64,000 nt of DNA from Deltaproteobacteria bacterium (GTDB lineage Bacteria > Desulfobacterota_D > UBA1144 > Nemesobacterales > CSP1-2): positions 64,001 through 128,000 of the forward strand of contig JBQTHB010000007.1 in NCBI GenBank assembly GCA_052390235.1, in the 5' to 3' direction. Both the position numbers and the translations under genes were made by a program. This document shows positions 29,870 through 39,527 of the stretch, piece after piece. Below the pieces are notes generated by a model. The model made no database searches. It worked only from the letters and a program-made list of their open reading frames with translations, and had not been told where the DNA came from. Positions within the stretch are counted from its first letter, which is position 1; every line of letters begins with the position of its first letter.

Positions 29870-30226
29870 ATGGCTTCCGCTTATATTCCGATACTTATAA
29901 TACTCGTTCTCTCGGTCGGCTTAGCCGCCCTGCTGATTACTATCTCTCACTTTTTGGGGCCTAAACGCTATGAAAAGGGGAAGCTCTCGCCCTATGAGTG
30001 CGGGGTCAAGCCCGTGGGCGACGCGAGGGAGAGGTTCTCGATGCGATATTACGTTATAGCCGCCCTTTTCATATTATTCGACGTCGAGATTGTATTTTTA
30101 TTTGCGTGGGCGGTTGTATTTAAAAAACTCGGCGTGCTTGCCTTTGTTGAGATAATAGCGTTTTTCATCGTCATCCTAGCCGGTTATTTCTATGTTCTGA
30201 AGAAGGAGGCGCTCAAATGGGAGTGA
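29870..30226 (+). CDS. nuoA: NADH-quinone oxidoreductase subunit A
   Basis: [20 protein letters not shown]. Confidence 0.95.
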   Translation: MASAYIPILIILVLSVGLAALLITISHFLGPKRYEKGKLSPYECGVKPVGDARERFSMRYYVIAALFILFDVEIVFLFAWAVVFKKLGVLAFVEIIAFFIVILAGYFYVLKKEALKWE

Positions 30227-30696
30227 ATTCTGCACTAGGCGGCGAGGGGTTCTTGCTCACGCAAATAAGCGCCGTCGCAAATTGGGGAAGAAAAAACAGC
30301 CTCTGGCCCATGCCGTTTGGGACGGCTTGCTGCGCCATAGAGATGATGGGAGTTTTTGCTTCTCGGTTTGACCTCTCGAGGTTCGGCGCCGAGGTTGCCA
30401 GGTTTTCTCCGCGCCAAGCTGACCTCATGATAGTCTCAGGCACGATAACCTATAAAATGGCTTCTGTCTGCCGCAAGATTTACGACCAGATGCCCAATCC
30501 CAAGTGGGTTATTGCGATGGGTTCTTGCACCTGCGGCGGGGGCCCCTTTGACAGCTACGCCGTTGTGCAGGGGATTGACGAGTTTCTGCCCGTTGACGTC
30601 TATGTCGGCGGATGCCCTCCGAGACCCGAAGCTGTGATTGACGCAGTTATGAAGATACAGAAAAAAATTGACATCGAAGGGGCGCCAATAGTATGA
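30217..30696 (+). CDS. nuoB: NADH-quinone oxidoreductase subunit B
   Basis: ACCAIEM, SPRQAD, MGSC, GCPPRPE. Confidence 0.96.
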   Translation: MGVNSALGGEGFLLTQISAVANWGRKNSLWPMPFGTACCAIEMMGVFASRFDLSRFGAEVARFSPRQADLMIVSGTITYKMASVCRKIYDQMPNPKWVIAMGSCTCGGGPFDSYAVVQGIDEFLPVDVYVGGCPPRPEAVIDAVMKIQKKIDIEGAPIV

Positions 30697-31208
30697 GCTT
30701 TAGCGCGCAAGCCGCCGTTGATGCGATAGGGCAGGCGTTCCCCGGAGCGGTCTCGGATGCCTCTGTGTTCAGGGGCGAGACGACGGTTTTCATTGATAAA
30801 GGGAAAGTCCGCACGGTCTGCCAATATCTAAAATCAGAGCTTAAATTCACCCTCATCGCCGACATCACCGCTGTGGACTATTTGGGAGTGAAATCCCCGC
30901 GATTTGAGATGGTTTACCTCCTCCATAGATTCGGCGCTGACTTCGATGAGAATATTAGGCTCAGGCTAAAGGCGGCTCTAAGCGAGGAGGACGCTAAAAT
31001 TGATTCAGTAACTCCAGTATGGAGCGGCGCGGATTGGCTAGAGAGAGAGATTTTCGATATGTTCGGGATTGAATTCGCCGGTCATCCAGACCTGAGGCGA
31101 ATCCTAATGCCGGAGGATTACGAGCCTTTCCCGCTCAGAAAGGATTTCGACGTTAGAGACCGCGAGGCTTCCAAACGCTCTTTTAAGAGGGCTTTGGAAG
31201 AGGGTTAG
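30693..31208 (+). CDS. nuoC: NADH-quinone oxidoreductase subunit C
   Basis: [35 protein letters not shown]. Confidence 0.95.
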   Translation: MSFSAQAAVDAIGQAFPGAVSDASVFRGETTVFIDKGKVRTVCQYLKSELKFTLIADITAVDYLGVKSPRFEMVYLLHRFGADFDENIRLRLKAALSEEDAKIDSVTPVWSGADWLEREIFDMFGIEFAGHPDLRRILMPEDYEPFPLRKDFDVRDREASKRSFKRALEEG

Positions 31209-31226
31209 TTTTTTTCCGAGAAACCT

Positions 31227-32453
31227 ATGGAACGCATAGAATTTATTGCTGATAACGAGGGAGTGCAAAAGGGCGTCGTCCGTACTGAGACCATGATGCT
31301 CAACATGGGTCCTCAGCACCCGTCCACTCACGGCGTGCTAAGGGTTGTCCTTCAGCTTGACGGCGAGGTGGTGGTAAAGGCTATCCCCTACGTAGGCTAC
31401 CTCCACAGGGGGATTGAAAAGCTCTGCGAGAATATCACCTATCAGATGTGCCTCCCCTACACGGACAGGATGGATTATCTCGCCTCTATTTGCAACAACA
31501 TCGGCTACATCCTAGCCGTTGAGAAACTGCTCGGAATCGAAAAAGAGATACCAGAGCGGGCTAAGGTCGCCGAGGTCATCCTATTTGAGCTAGGGCGGAT
31601 AGAATCTCACCTAGTCGGCATCGGCACAAACGCCATGGATCTTGGGGCGATGAGCGCGTTTCTGTACTGCTTCAAGGAGCGCGAGAGAATTTATGACATC
31701 CTTGAGATGGTCTGCGGGGCGAGGCTCACCACTTCATACCCAAGGATAGGGGGGCTTCCCGACGACCTGCCCGAGAATTTTGAAGAGGCGATACGCAGTT
31801 TTCTCAAAATTTTCCCCAAAACCCTCGCCGAAGCCGATAAGCTGCTTACGAGAAATAGAATCTGGGTAGATAGGACTAAGTCGGTTGCCTACATAAGCGC
31901 GCAGGACGCCCTCGATTTGGGGCTTACCGGACCTGCCCTTCGTGGAAGCGGCGTTCCCTACGATGTGAGGAAGGCAATGCCATACCTCGGATACGAGAAT
32001 TACGATTTTGACGTTCCCGTCTCGAACGACGGCGACGCCTACGCGCGTTTTCTCTGCCGGTTTGAAGAGATGCGCCAGAGCCTTCGCATCATTCAGCAGG
32101 CGATAGATAACCTCCCCGATGGCCCATTTATTGCCGACCTGCCAGAAATTGTGCTTCCGAGGAAAGAGCTAACTTATACAAAGATGGAGTCTCTCATCAG
32201 GCATTTCGTGCTGGTTTACGAGGGGATAAAGCCGCCCGCAGGCGAGATATATCACGCCGTGGAAAACCCCAAGGGCGAGCTTGGCTATTACCTCGTGAGC
32301 AACGGAACCGCAAAGCCCTACAGGATGCGCGTCAGGGGTCCCTCGTTTGTGAATATGCAGGCGCTCGGCAGGATGTCTGAGGGCAGACTCATCTCTGACG
32401 TTATAGCCGCCATTGGAAGTCTCGACATTGTCCTTGGCGAAATTGACAGATAG
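31227..32453 (+). CDS. nuoD: NADH-quinone oxidoreductase subunit D
   Basis: NMGPQHPSTHGVLR, GYLHRG.EK, DRMDY, ENPKGE, GEIDR; no NiFe CxxC motifs. Confidence 0.96.
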   Translation: MERIEFIADNEGVQKGVVRTETMMLNMGPQHPSTHGVLRVVLQLDGEVVVKAIPYVGYLHRGIEKLCENITYQMCLPYTDRMDYLASICNNIGYILAVEKLLGIEKEIPERAKVAEVILFELGRIESHLVGIGTNAMDLGAMSAFLYCFKERERIYDILEMVCGARLTTSYPRIGGLPDDLPENFEEAIRSFLKIFPKTLAEADKLLTRNRIWVDRTKSVAYISAQDALDLGLTGPALRGSGVPYDVRKAMPYLGYENYDFDVPVSNDGDAYARFLCRFEEMRQSLRIIQQAIDNLPDGPFIADLPEIVLPRKELTYTKMESLIRHFVLVYEGIKPPAGEIYHAVENPKGELGYYLVSNGTAKPYRMRVRGPSFVNMQALGRMSEGRLISDVIAAIGSLDIVLGEIDR

Positions 32454-32579
32454 CTTATAACTGCCCCCCCGCCTGCGAGTTTCCATGGGATTACAGATGG
32501 ATTCCCGATAAAGGCGCCTGACAGGGCTTAATAAATCTCGTCGAATTCAAGTTAATCAGCGGTTTTAAACTGGTTTTTC

Positions 32580-32906
32580 CTAATTCGTAAGGCACATTTT
32601 CGAGATTTCCCGGCCGTCGCCCTTGTGGACGTGGACGCAGAACATCTGCCCCAGATCCTGTCCGCCTTTGATGACTACGTCCGATGCGATATTCTTAGCC
32701 TTTTTCTCGTCAGCGCTAGATGACTTCACCCAGAGGTCAATGTGGTTTTTCCACTCTGCCCCCTCAACCCCTGATACCGAACCCTTGAGGGATTCGGCGA
32801 ACTGGGCTTGGAGCTTATCGGGGGTGAATTGGTCATCTCCAAAATTCGCCTTGACAAGCGAGAAAATAACTAAAGCCGCCGCCGCAATTGATAATATATA
32901 TCGCAT
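32580..32906 (-). CDS. Hypothetical exported protein
   Basis: N-terminal hydrophobic segment, SD AGGAGG, two Cys near the C-terminus. Confidence 0.6.
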   Translation of the reverse strand: MRYILSIAAAALVIFSLVKANFGDDQFTPDKLQAQFAESLKGSVSGVEGAEWKNHIDLWVKSSSADEKKAKNIASDVVIKGGQDLGQMFCVHVHKGDGREISKMCLTN

Positions 32907-33015
32907 TTTATATGCCTCCTATTTGTGGGGTAGCGCTTATTGCGCCCCTAATTGCTCTTGTCGCTTATTTCTCCGACCTCCGCCGAAAATACACACAGCA
33001 CGCCCAGCATTTCGG

Positions 33016-33771
33016 TTAGGCGCGCTGCATCGAGAAAAACACATAGCCGTAGCTCTCATCGGAAATGGCAAAAATTTCAATTTCCTTTATGGTCTCTGCC
33101 GCAAAGTCCCTGACTGATGAATCGGGATGAGTGATAAGGGCTTTGGCGCGCCGCTCTAGGATGTCGTAGTAGCCTTCCACCCATGCCTCTTTGGGAAGAG
33201 TGTGTGTCGCGAGTACCCTGAATCCCGCATCTTCGGCGATAGTTAAATTTTGCTCGATGGACCTCATGTCGGGATAACAGGCGCTGAAAAACTCCGTTGC
33301 CGCGGCTGGGGCCTGTGGCTTCAGCCAGCAAAGTTCACTGACAACGGCGAAGCCATTAGACGCTATGGCAGGGGCCCAAGTACAAAGCGCATTGGCAAAG
33401 CCTATGTTGTATGCCGCTCCTTCAGACCAGAGTAGCTCAATGCCTCGAAAAATGCTCGGAATATCCTTCATATCCATACAATGTGTCCGCACAAGCGAAT
33501 GGACGCCAGCCTCCGCGGCGCGGCGCGACAAATCGCTCAAGAAGGGTTTATATGAGTCAACGGCGTCAATGGGAACGCACAACTCCTTTGCCAATGCCAG
33601 GGTTTGGCGCCCAGCGCCGCAACCTGCATCAACGACGACATTGAACTGCCCCTTTGGAAGCAGGCGCAGCGCTCTCAATGTGTGAGCATTGTCGCCCGGG
33701 CCCAGTTTCTCCATGCCGCCGAACAGAATGCCGATTGGGTCGTATATGCTCATGCCATCGTTAGAGTTCAT
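33016..33771 (-). CDS. Class I SAM-dependent methyltransferase (cassette-like)
   Basis: [24 protein letters not shown]; stop codon lies in GCCTAAC. Confidence 0.85.
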   Translation of the reverse strand: MNSNDGMSIYDPIGILFGGMEKLGPGDNAHTLRALRLLPKGQFNVVVDAGCGAGRQTLALAKELCVPIDAVDSYKPFLSDLSRRAAEAGVHSLVRTHCMDMKDIPSIFRGIELLWSEGAAYNIGFANALCTWAPAIASNGFAVVSELCWLKPQAPAAATEFFSACYPDMRSIEQNLTIAEDAGFRVLATHTLPKEAWVEGYYDILERRAKALITHPDSSVRDFAAETIKEIEIFAISDESYGYVFFSMQRA

Positions 33772-34182
33772 AGCTTGTCATTTTGAGACGCCCTCGCGAT
33801 GCTCTTTAGCGTTTCCTCGTCATACTGAGCCGCATATTCCGCCGATGGGGGGATCATCTTAATCACGTCAATCAGCGCCCCGTTCGGGTCTGCCGTGATA
33901 AAGTGCTGCTGGCCAAAGTCCTCGGAGCGAATCTCAAGGTGAATGGGCAATCCCGCCGCCCTGAGTCGTTCGTACTCGGCGTCCACATCGTCCACTTCAA
34001 AGTTGAGAATGAGTCCGCCGCCAAAGCTACGGCGGAAGTCTCGCGGCACGATGGGCGGCTCTGAGGCTCACATACCAATCGGACTCGAAGGTTACCTGGA
34101 ATCCAAAGTGTCTCGTATAGAATGCTCTTGACCCAGCCACGTCGCGGGTCATGATTACTGGGTAGAAGCTGCTAAACCTCAT
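33768..34182 (-). pseudogene. Frameshifted VOC/glyoxalase gene
   Basis: [29 protein letters not shown] and [11 protein letters not shown]...[13 protein letters not shown] lie in different frames; junction near 34050-34065. Confidence 0.75.
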
Positions 34183-34238
34183 GGTAGATACCTCGTGCTG
34201 TCTTATGATACGGGGCGTTATGCGATAAGCATTCATTC

Positions 34239-34607
34239 CTACAACTGGGACAACCTGAACTTCACCATCGCTATGACCAGCGCCTTGGGGATGGGCTTGC
34301 CCAATGGGAACTGGATGGAACCCTTGGCGAACTTGTAGGCCGCAAGCTCGTCGGCGAATGCGTCTATCGTGTCAGGGTGGGGGTAGAAACCAATATGCTT
34401 GGGATACCCGGCTATCATGATCTGCTTGTCGCGCTTGCCGCCCTTGACTAGGGCAAACGCTGGGATGTTGTAGTTCATCAGCTCGGAAACCTCGGGCGCT
34501 GCTTGCCAGATCCATGAGCGAAGTTCCTCAAGTGCGCGCTGGGTTTCCGGAGGTTGAGTGGCGATGTACGCATCCACTTCCTTTGACCGGCTTGCCTCAT
34601 TGCTCAT
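34239..34607 (-). CDS. DUF1801/YdhG-like protein (cassette-like)
   Basis: VDAYI, YNIPAF, HIGFYP, KGSIQFPL.KPIP; SD GGAGG before ATG 34607. Confidence 0.8.
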   Translation of the reverse strand: MSNEASRSKEVDAYIATQPPETQRALEELRSWIWQAAPEVSELMNYNIPAFALVKGGKRDKQIMIAGYPKHIGFYPHPDTIDAFADELAAYKFAKGSIQFPLGKPIPKALVIAMVKFRLSQL

Positions 34608-34655
34608 TGCCGCCTCCACAGATGCGCCGCTAACGCTAGTCGCATAACGCCCGGC

Positions 34656-35069
34656 TTAGGCATTCTCCGGCGGCTTTTGGAAGGCTGGCAGCGCCACGAG
34701 CAACACGACGATGAAAACACAGAGACCCCAGTGATAGATTCGCAATTGCGTCAGGCTCGGGGGCGCAGCCGCCTCCGCCACGGTAATAATCTGCGGACTA
34801 TCTTTCGCCTTTTCTTTAACATACTCGACAATGGCGGAACGCTGCGTCCGCATATCGTTAAGGGCCTGATAGTTGCCCGCGGCAAACAGCAGGAAGCCTA
34901 CGACAGCGACGGAAGAAGCTATATAACGATACTTGGGCAATAGTTTACCACTGGCGATAAGTGTCACTAACGTCGCACTCACAGTGTAAAAAACCGTCCA
35001 CAGTGCCTGCCATGCGGAAGCGCGCTCTGAAAGGATCCCGATCAATTCTTTGGCAGTAGATGGTTCCAT
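34656..35069 (-). CDS. Hypothetical three-TM membrane protein (cassette-like)
   Basis: 137-aa ORF with three hydrophobic stretches; stop lies in GAGAATGCCTAA. Confidence 0.6.
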   Translation of the reverse strand: MEPSTAKELIGILSERASAWQALWTVFYTVSATLVTLIASGKLLPKYRYIASSVAVVGFLLFAAGNYQALNDMRTQRSAIVEYVKEKAKDSPQIITVAEAAAPPSLTQLRIYHWGLCVFIVVLLVALPAFQKPPENA

Positions 35070-35124
35070 AATAATTGCCCCTTCTCTGAGAATGCATAAC
35101 TATAGTTAATCATCTAGCCAATAT

Positions 35125-35820
35125 TTAGTACGCAGGGGCTTTAATCACATCCACCCCTTCCGGTGCTTCAAACTTGAAAAGGGAGTCCGCCGCCCCTTTA
35201 TTGGTCTTGATTTCGCTTAATTTGACCTTTGTCATGTTTCCGAACGCATCGAATAGATAGACCGTCTCAACGAATAGGTTTTTCTTATTGACCGCTATTG
35301 TAACGCGGCTCTCTTCGTCGTCATCTCCTTTTTTGGGCATGAGGTCAATGAGATAATTCCCCTTCTCGCCGGGAAAACTCTCCGTGGAGAAGCGAGTGTC
35401 AAACTGCCGCCTTATATTCTGGAATCCTGAGAGCAGGGAGGTTGTCGAGGCGCCTCCTTGGGCAATGCCTCCGACAGAGGATTCGATAACCTGATTGTCC
35501 TTATCGTTGTAAAACCACATCGTCGCGCCGTCGGATACGATTTGCTCTTTGTTGGGCGTGTAGTAGTTCCAGCGCATTTTTCCGGGTTTTTTGAGCCACA
35601 CCTCGCCCTCGGCAACTTCCACTTGGTCTAGGATTTTAACCGTGGCTTCTTGGGTGAATTTGGCGTGAAAGTCCGAAATTTTGCCATAATTCGCCTCAAT
35701 TTTTGTGATGATACGCTCAAGCGAGGGCTTTTTAGCCTGTTTGCTCTCCGCCTCTTCTTGCGCCCATATAAAAGCCGTTAGAGCGAAAATTAAAATGAAG
35801 CTGATGGATATTTTGCTCAA
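35125..35820 (-). CDS. lolA: Outer-membrane lipoprotein carrier LolA
   Basis: Signal peptide, AKFTQ, KKPGKMRWNY, IVSDG, F.F.APEGVDVI; follows ftsK. Confidence 0.9.
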   Translation of the reverse strand: MSKISISFILIFALTAFIWAQEEAESKQAKKPSLERIITKIEANYGKISDFHAKFTQEATVKILDQVEVAEGEVWLKKPGKMRWNYYTPNKEQIVSDGATMWFYNDKDNQVIESSVGGIAQGGASTTSLLSGFQNIRRQFDTRFSTESFPGEKGNYLIDLMPKKGDDDEESRVTIAVNKKNLFVETVYLFDAFGNMTKVKLSEIKTNKGAADSLFKFEAPEGVDVIKAPAY

Positions 35821-38102
35821 TTCTTGTGCCTCTCCTTTGATATGTATTCTGGGCTGATGAAAACCTCTCTCTGCTTGCCAGCCGCCTCTTGAGGCCCTAC
35901 CAAGCCCTCTTTTTCCATAATTTCCACGATGCGCGCCGCTCGGTTGTATCCGATTTTGAGCTTTCGCTGTATCATGGAAATCGAAGCCTGACGGGTTTCG
36001 GCTATTATCTTCAGCGCGAGGAAATAGAACTCGTCCTTCTCGCTGTCCAGCTGTTCTGAGTCTTCCTGCTCCTCGAATTTCGTAATTTCCTGATTATATT
36101 CGGGCGAGCCTTGGGATTTGAGATAATCCGTAATCCTCTCTCTCTCGCCGTCCGAGATGAGTCCTCCCTGAACCCTCGTGAGCTTAGATGTGCCGGGCTG
36201 AAGGAAGAGCATATCCCCCTTGCCAAGCAGTCTCTCCGCGCCGCCAGCGTCGAGTATTATGCGCGAGTCAATTTTCGATGATACGAGAAACGAAATCCGC
36301 GCCGGAAAATTCGCCTTTATGAGTCCCGCGACAACGTCTGCCGAGGGACGCTGAGTCGCTACTATGAGATGAATCCCTGCGGCTCTAGCCTTCTGCGAGA
36401 GCCTCGTTATTCCCTCTCTCACCTCGTGCGGGGCCACCATCATCAAATCCGCAAGTTCGTCAATTACAATCACGATGTAGGGCAGAAGCCTCTCGTCGCG
36501 CCCGGCTTTTGCGGGGAGTTTTTCAATGCTCTTATTGTAGCTTTCGATGTCTCGCACCCCCTCTTCCGAAAGGGTTTTATAGCGCTTTTCCATCTCATCC
36601 ACGGCCCACCTAAGAGCCGCCGCCGCCTTCTTTGGCTCCGTAACAACGGGATGGAGCAGATGAGGGATGTCCTCATAAACCGAGAGTTCAAGCATCTTCG
36701 GGTCAATCATGATGAATTTAAGCTCAGCCGGGCTCCCTTTGTAGAGCATACTCGTGATGACGGAGTGGAGCAGAACGCTTTTGCCAGAGCCAGTGGTGCC
36801 GGCTATCATGAGGTGCGGGGCTTTGCGCAAATCCATATAAAACGCCTTTCCAGCGATGTCTTTGCCGAGGGCGAGCGTAAGGGTTGATCTTCTGCCGATA
36901 AATTCGCCGTCTTCGAGTAGCTCTCTTAGCACGACGGATTCCCGTTTTGAGTTAGGCACTTCAATTCCGACCACGTCTTTGCCCGGTATCGGGGCGATGA
37001 TTCTGATGCTGAGCGCGCTGAGTCCCATAGCCAAATCGTTCTCAAGGGCGGCTATTTTATTGATTTTAATCCCCGGCGCTGGCTTATACTCAAACATCGT
37101 AATTACGGGGCCGGGGCGGATTTCGGTAACGTTTCCCGAGACGCCTAGGTGAGAGAGCTTTTCCTCGGTGAGACGGGCTTTTTCATAAGCGCCGTCTTTG
37201 TCAAATTCAACTTTCGACTCCACTCTCGCATCCAGAAGGTCTATCGGTGGGAGTTTGAAATTATGGCTCTCTCTGTACTCCCTTGATTTCTCCGGGGCAG
37301 TCCTGGGCTTGGATTCCATCTTCTGGACCTCGACTATTATCTGGGGCATTGACTCGCCCGGCTTAGGCCTCTCTGGGGCAGGTTTTATCTGAGCCGCCGC
37401 CGCATCTGTGGTGTACGGGATGGGTTTTCTCTCCCTTGGAATTGGGGTTTTAATTACGACCCTCGCTTTTGGCTTCGATAGACTCGAAAATAGATTTTCT
37501 GCAATGTCCATTACTCTACCGCCCGCTCCGAGGAGCATCGTCCACGCGCCCCCGCCGGTTTCCATAAATAATCTGCCAAGTCGGTTGAATATCCCATAGA
37601 CGCTTACATTCGACATTATTATTAAACTCACCGATAGCGCTACGGTTACAATTACATAAGAACCTACGTCTCCAGCGATTTTCTGCCTCAGCGCCGAAGA
37701 GAGCGCGTCCCCTATCCAGCCCCCAGCGGGTTTATAGCCCAGTACCCCTTCGCTCCCGAACGCAAGCCCAAGCAGGACGGGCAGTATGAGAAGGAAAATC
37801 ACCGCCGCCGCCGCTTTTCTGTATAAATTCGCCGCCGCCCTGTCCGTAAACACCAGCGCCGCGGTGTAGAACATCACTATCGGGATGATAAACGACGATA
37901 GCCCAAAGGTGTTGCCAAGGAGGTCTGAGATGAAAACCCCTATTGCGCCCATGGAATTTTTCACGTCTAGCCCGGATTTAGAGCTATAGAATAGGAGGCT
38001 CAGTGAAGAGAAGATACCTACGGCAAGAAGGGATGAGGCGACTATCTCGCGCGAGATATAGTCGGGGGAGGGTTCATGGCGGCTAATTTTTTTCTTCGGC
38101 AT
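35817..38102 (-). CDS. ftsK: DNA translocase FtsK
   Basis: N-terminal TMs, GPVIT, PHLMIAGTTGSGKS, IDELADLM, ATQRPS, gamma domain IGYNRAARI. Confidence 0.96.
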   Translation of the reverse strand: MPKKKISRHEPSPDYISREIVASSLLAVGIFSSLSLLFYSSKSGLDVKNSMGAIGVFISDLLGNTFGLSSFIIPIVMFYTAALVFTDRAAANLYRKAAAAVIFLLILPVLLGLAFGSEGVLGYKPAGGWIGDALSSALRQKIAGDVGSYVIVTVALSVSLIIMSNVSVYGIFNRLGRLFMETGGGAWTMLLGAGGRVMDIAENLFSSLSKPKARVVIKTPIPRERKPIPYTTDAAAAQIKPAPERPKPGESMPQIIVEVQKMESKPRTAPEKSREYRESHNFKLPPIDLLDARVESKVEFDKDGAYEKARLTEEKLSHLGVSGNVTEIRPGPVITMFEYKPAPGIKINKIAALENDLAMGLSALSIRIIAPIPGKDVVGIEVPNSKRESVVLRELLEDGEFIGRRSTLTLALGKDIAGKAFYMDLRKAPHLMIAGTTGSGKSVLLHSVITSMLYKGSPAELKFIMIDPKMLELSVYEDIPHLLHPVVTEPKKAAAALRWAVDEMEKRYKTLSEEGVRDIESYNKSIEKLPAKAGRDERLLPYIVIVIDELADLMMVAPHEVREGITRLSQKARAAGIHLIVATQRPSADVVAGLIKANFPARISFLVSSKIDSRIILDAGGAERLLGKGDMLFLQPGTSKLTRVQGGLISDGERERITDYLKSQGSPEYNQEITKFEEQEDSEQLDSEKDEFYFLALKIIAETRQASISMIQRKLKIGYNRAARIVEIMEKEGLVGPQEAAGKQREVFISPEYISKERHKN

Positions 38103-38205
38103 TTTCGTTAGATATTATGACGTTAATCCCTGATATAACAAGAGATTTATTTCCCTTTGCAGCGGCTCTTGAAATTCATGGGGCAGAAATGTTATCATGG
38201 GTTCA

Positions 38206-39306
38206 ATGAGAAAATTCCTCCCTCCGAGGCGAGTAGCCGCAATATTTTTTATTCCCCTCGCCCTCTTATGCTTTATTACTCCCCTCGCCTTCGCCCAAGC
38301 CGCCATACAAAACCCCTCCGCCGAGGCTCAAATAGAGGGCATTAGGCGCGAATTAGAGTCGCTAAAGGGGGAATTGTCCGAGATTAAATCTGAGGAGCTA
38401 GGCGAGAGGCTCGCAGAACTTCAAACCCGCCTCGATGAGGTGGACAAAAATATCGAAAACAGCGTGTCAACCCTCGCCCAGACCTCGAGCAATACTATCT
38501 CGGCAATGTCTTGGTTTCTCTATATTGCCGGCGCGGTTATTGCCGCTATTATCGGTGTGGCGTCGTATTTCGGTTATCGCCGGATTCAAGATATTGGACG
38601 GAGCTACGAAGCTGAGTTTGAAAATACTATAGATGAAGTTAACGCGGCGGTTGCCCAATCCGAGTCTAGGGCTGGGGAGGTCGAAGCCCGCCTGATCGAG
38701 AGTGGGAATAAATATGACGGTGAATTAAAGAGGGCGATAGAGGAGATTGATAACACGCACACACTGTCGAAAATAAACCTTAAAGAAGCTGAAAACCTCC
38801 TTTCTAAGTTGAAAAAGACGGACGAAATTCAAAAGTCGTGGATGCTCTATCGCATAATTTTAAGATACGTTGACGAGCTTGGCGCCTATGATTCGGGACT
38901 AAAGCGCATTGACGACATTATCTCCAAGGGAATATCGGATAATCTGGCTCTGTCATCGTTCTACGGGATTAAGGGTTATATTCTGGGGCTGAAGAACCGC
39001 AATGAAGAGGCCCTTAGGTGTACGAATATCGCCTATGATTTGTTGGAAGAGAGCAGGGGGGATAATCTCTTTATTGTCTATAACTCTGCTTGCTTTGCCT
39101 CTCTGCTGGGGAGGCGTCATGAGGCGATGGATAGGCTGGACGAGTTGCTCAGGGAAATGCCGGAGTGGAAAGGGGAGATTGTCAAATTGAAGGACGCGGC
39201 TAAGGGAATTTATGAGCTTAGGGATAAGGACTTGGGAAATCTAAAAGACGAGCCTAGATTTAAGCGCATACTGGGCATCTCGGATGATGGCACAATTGAA
39301 ATCTAG
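38206..39306 (+). CDS. Membrane protein with coiled coils and C-terminal TPR-like repeats (start 38206 or 38197)
   Basis: Signal peptide, coiled coil, TM, YNSACFASLLG motif. Confidence 0.6.
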   Translation: MRKFLPPRRVAAIFFIPLALLCFITPLAFAQAAIQNPSAEAQIEGIRRELESLKGELSEIKSEELGERLAELQTRLDEVDKNIENSVSTLAQTSSNTISAMSWFLYIAGAVIAAIIGVASYFGYRRIQDIGRSYEAEFENTIDEVNAAVAQSESRAGEVEARLIESGNKYDGELKRAIEEIDNTHTLSKINLKEAENLLSKLKKTDEIQKSWMLYRIILRYVDELGAYDSGLKRIDDIISKGISDNLALSSFYGIKGYILGLKNRNEEALRCTNIAYDLLEESRGDNLFIVYNSACFASLLGRRHEAMDRLDELLREMPEWKGEIVKLKDAAKGIYELRDKDLGNLKDEPRFKRILGISDDGTIEI

Positions 39307-39527
39307 GGCGGCGAGCAGATCTGCTTAGCGATAATTATCCGCCGAAAATGGGCTTTTTAGCATGCTCAACTGTCATATATCTCTCCTCGCATCTCAAGTG
39401 CTGAATAAATATAATTATATATTTTGGCAACTAGTTCAAGTGTTTTTATCTATAGGAGCGAAGGAAATTTTCTGGAGTTCGTATATAATCCCTACGCCCG
39501 ATAACCGGCTTTAGGAGATTCAATAAA

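Larger units (their letters stand above)
32942..35114 (-). mobile_element. Integrase-less array of integron-like gene cassettes with degenerate or short recombination sites
   Basis: GTTATGC/GCATAAC/GCCTAAC cores at gene boundaries (33015-21, 34217-23, 34642-48, 34655-61, 35094-100); paired inverted ends around two genes. Confidence 0.55.

Noticed and set aside
31227..32453. Group 4 NiFe hydrogenase large subunit
   Set aside because: Lacks both CxxC motifs; ends GEIDR as NuoD does.
35089..35116. The chromosomal dif site
   Set aside because: The right arm TTAATCATCTA departs strongly from the conserved XerD arm TTATGTTAAAT. Kept only as a dif/attI-like site.
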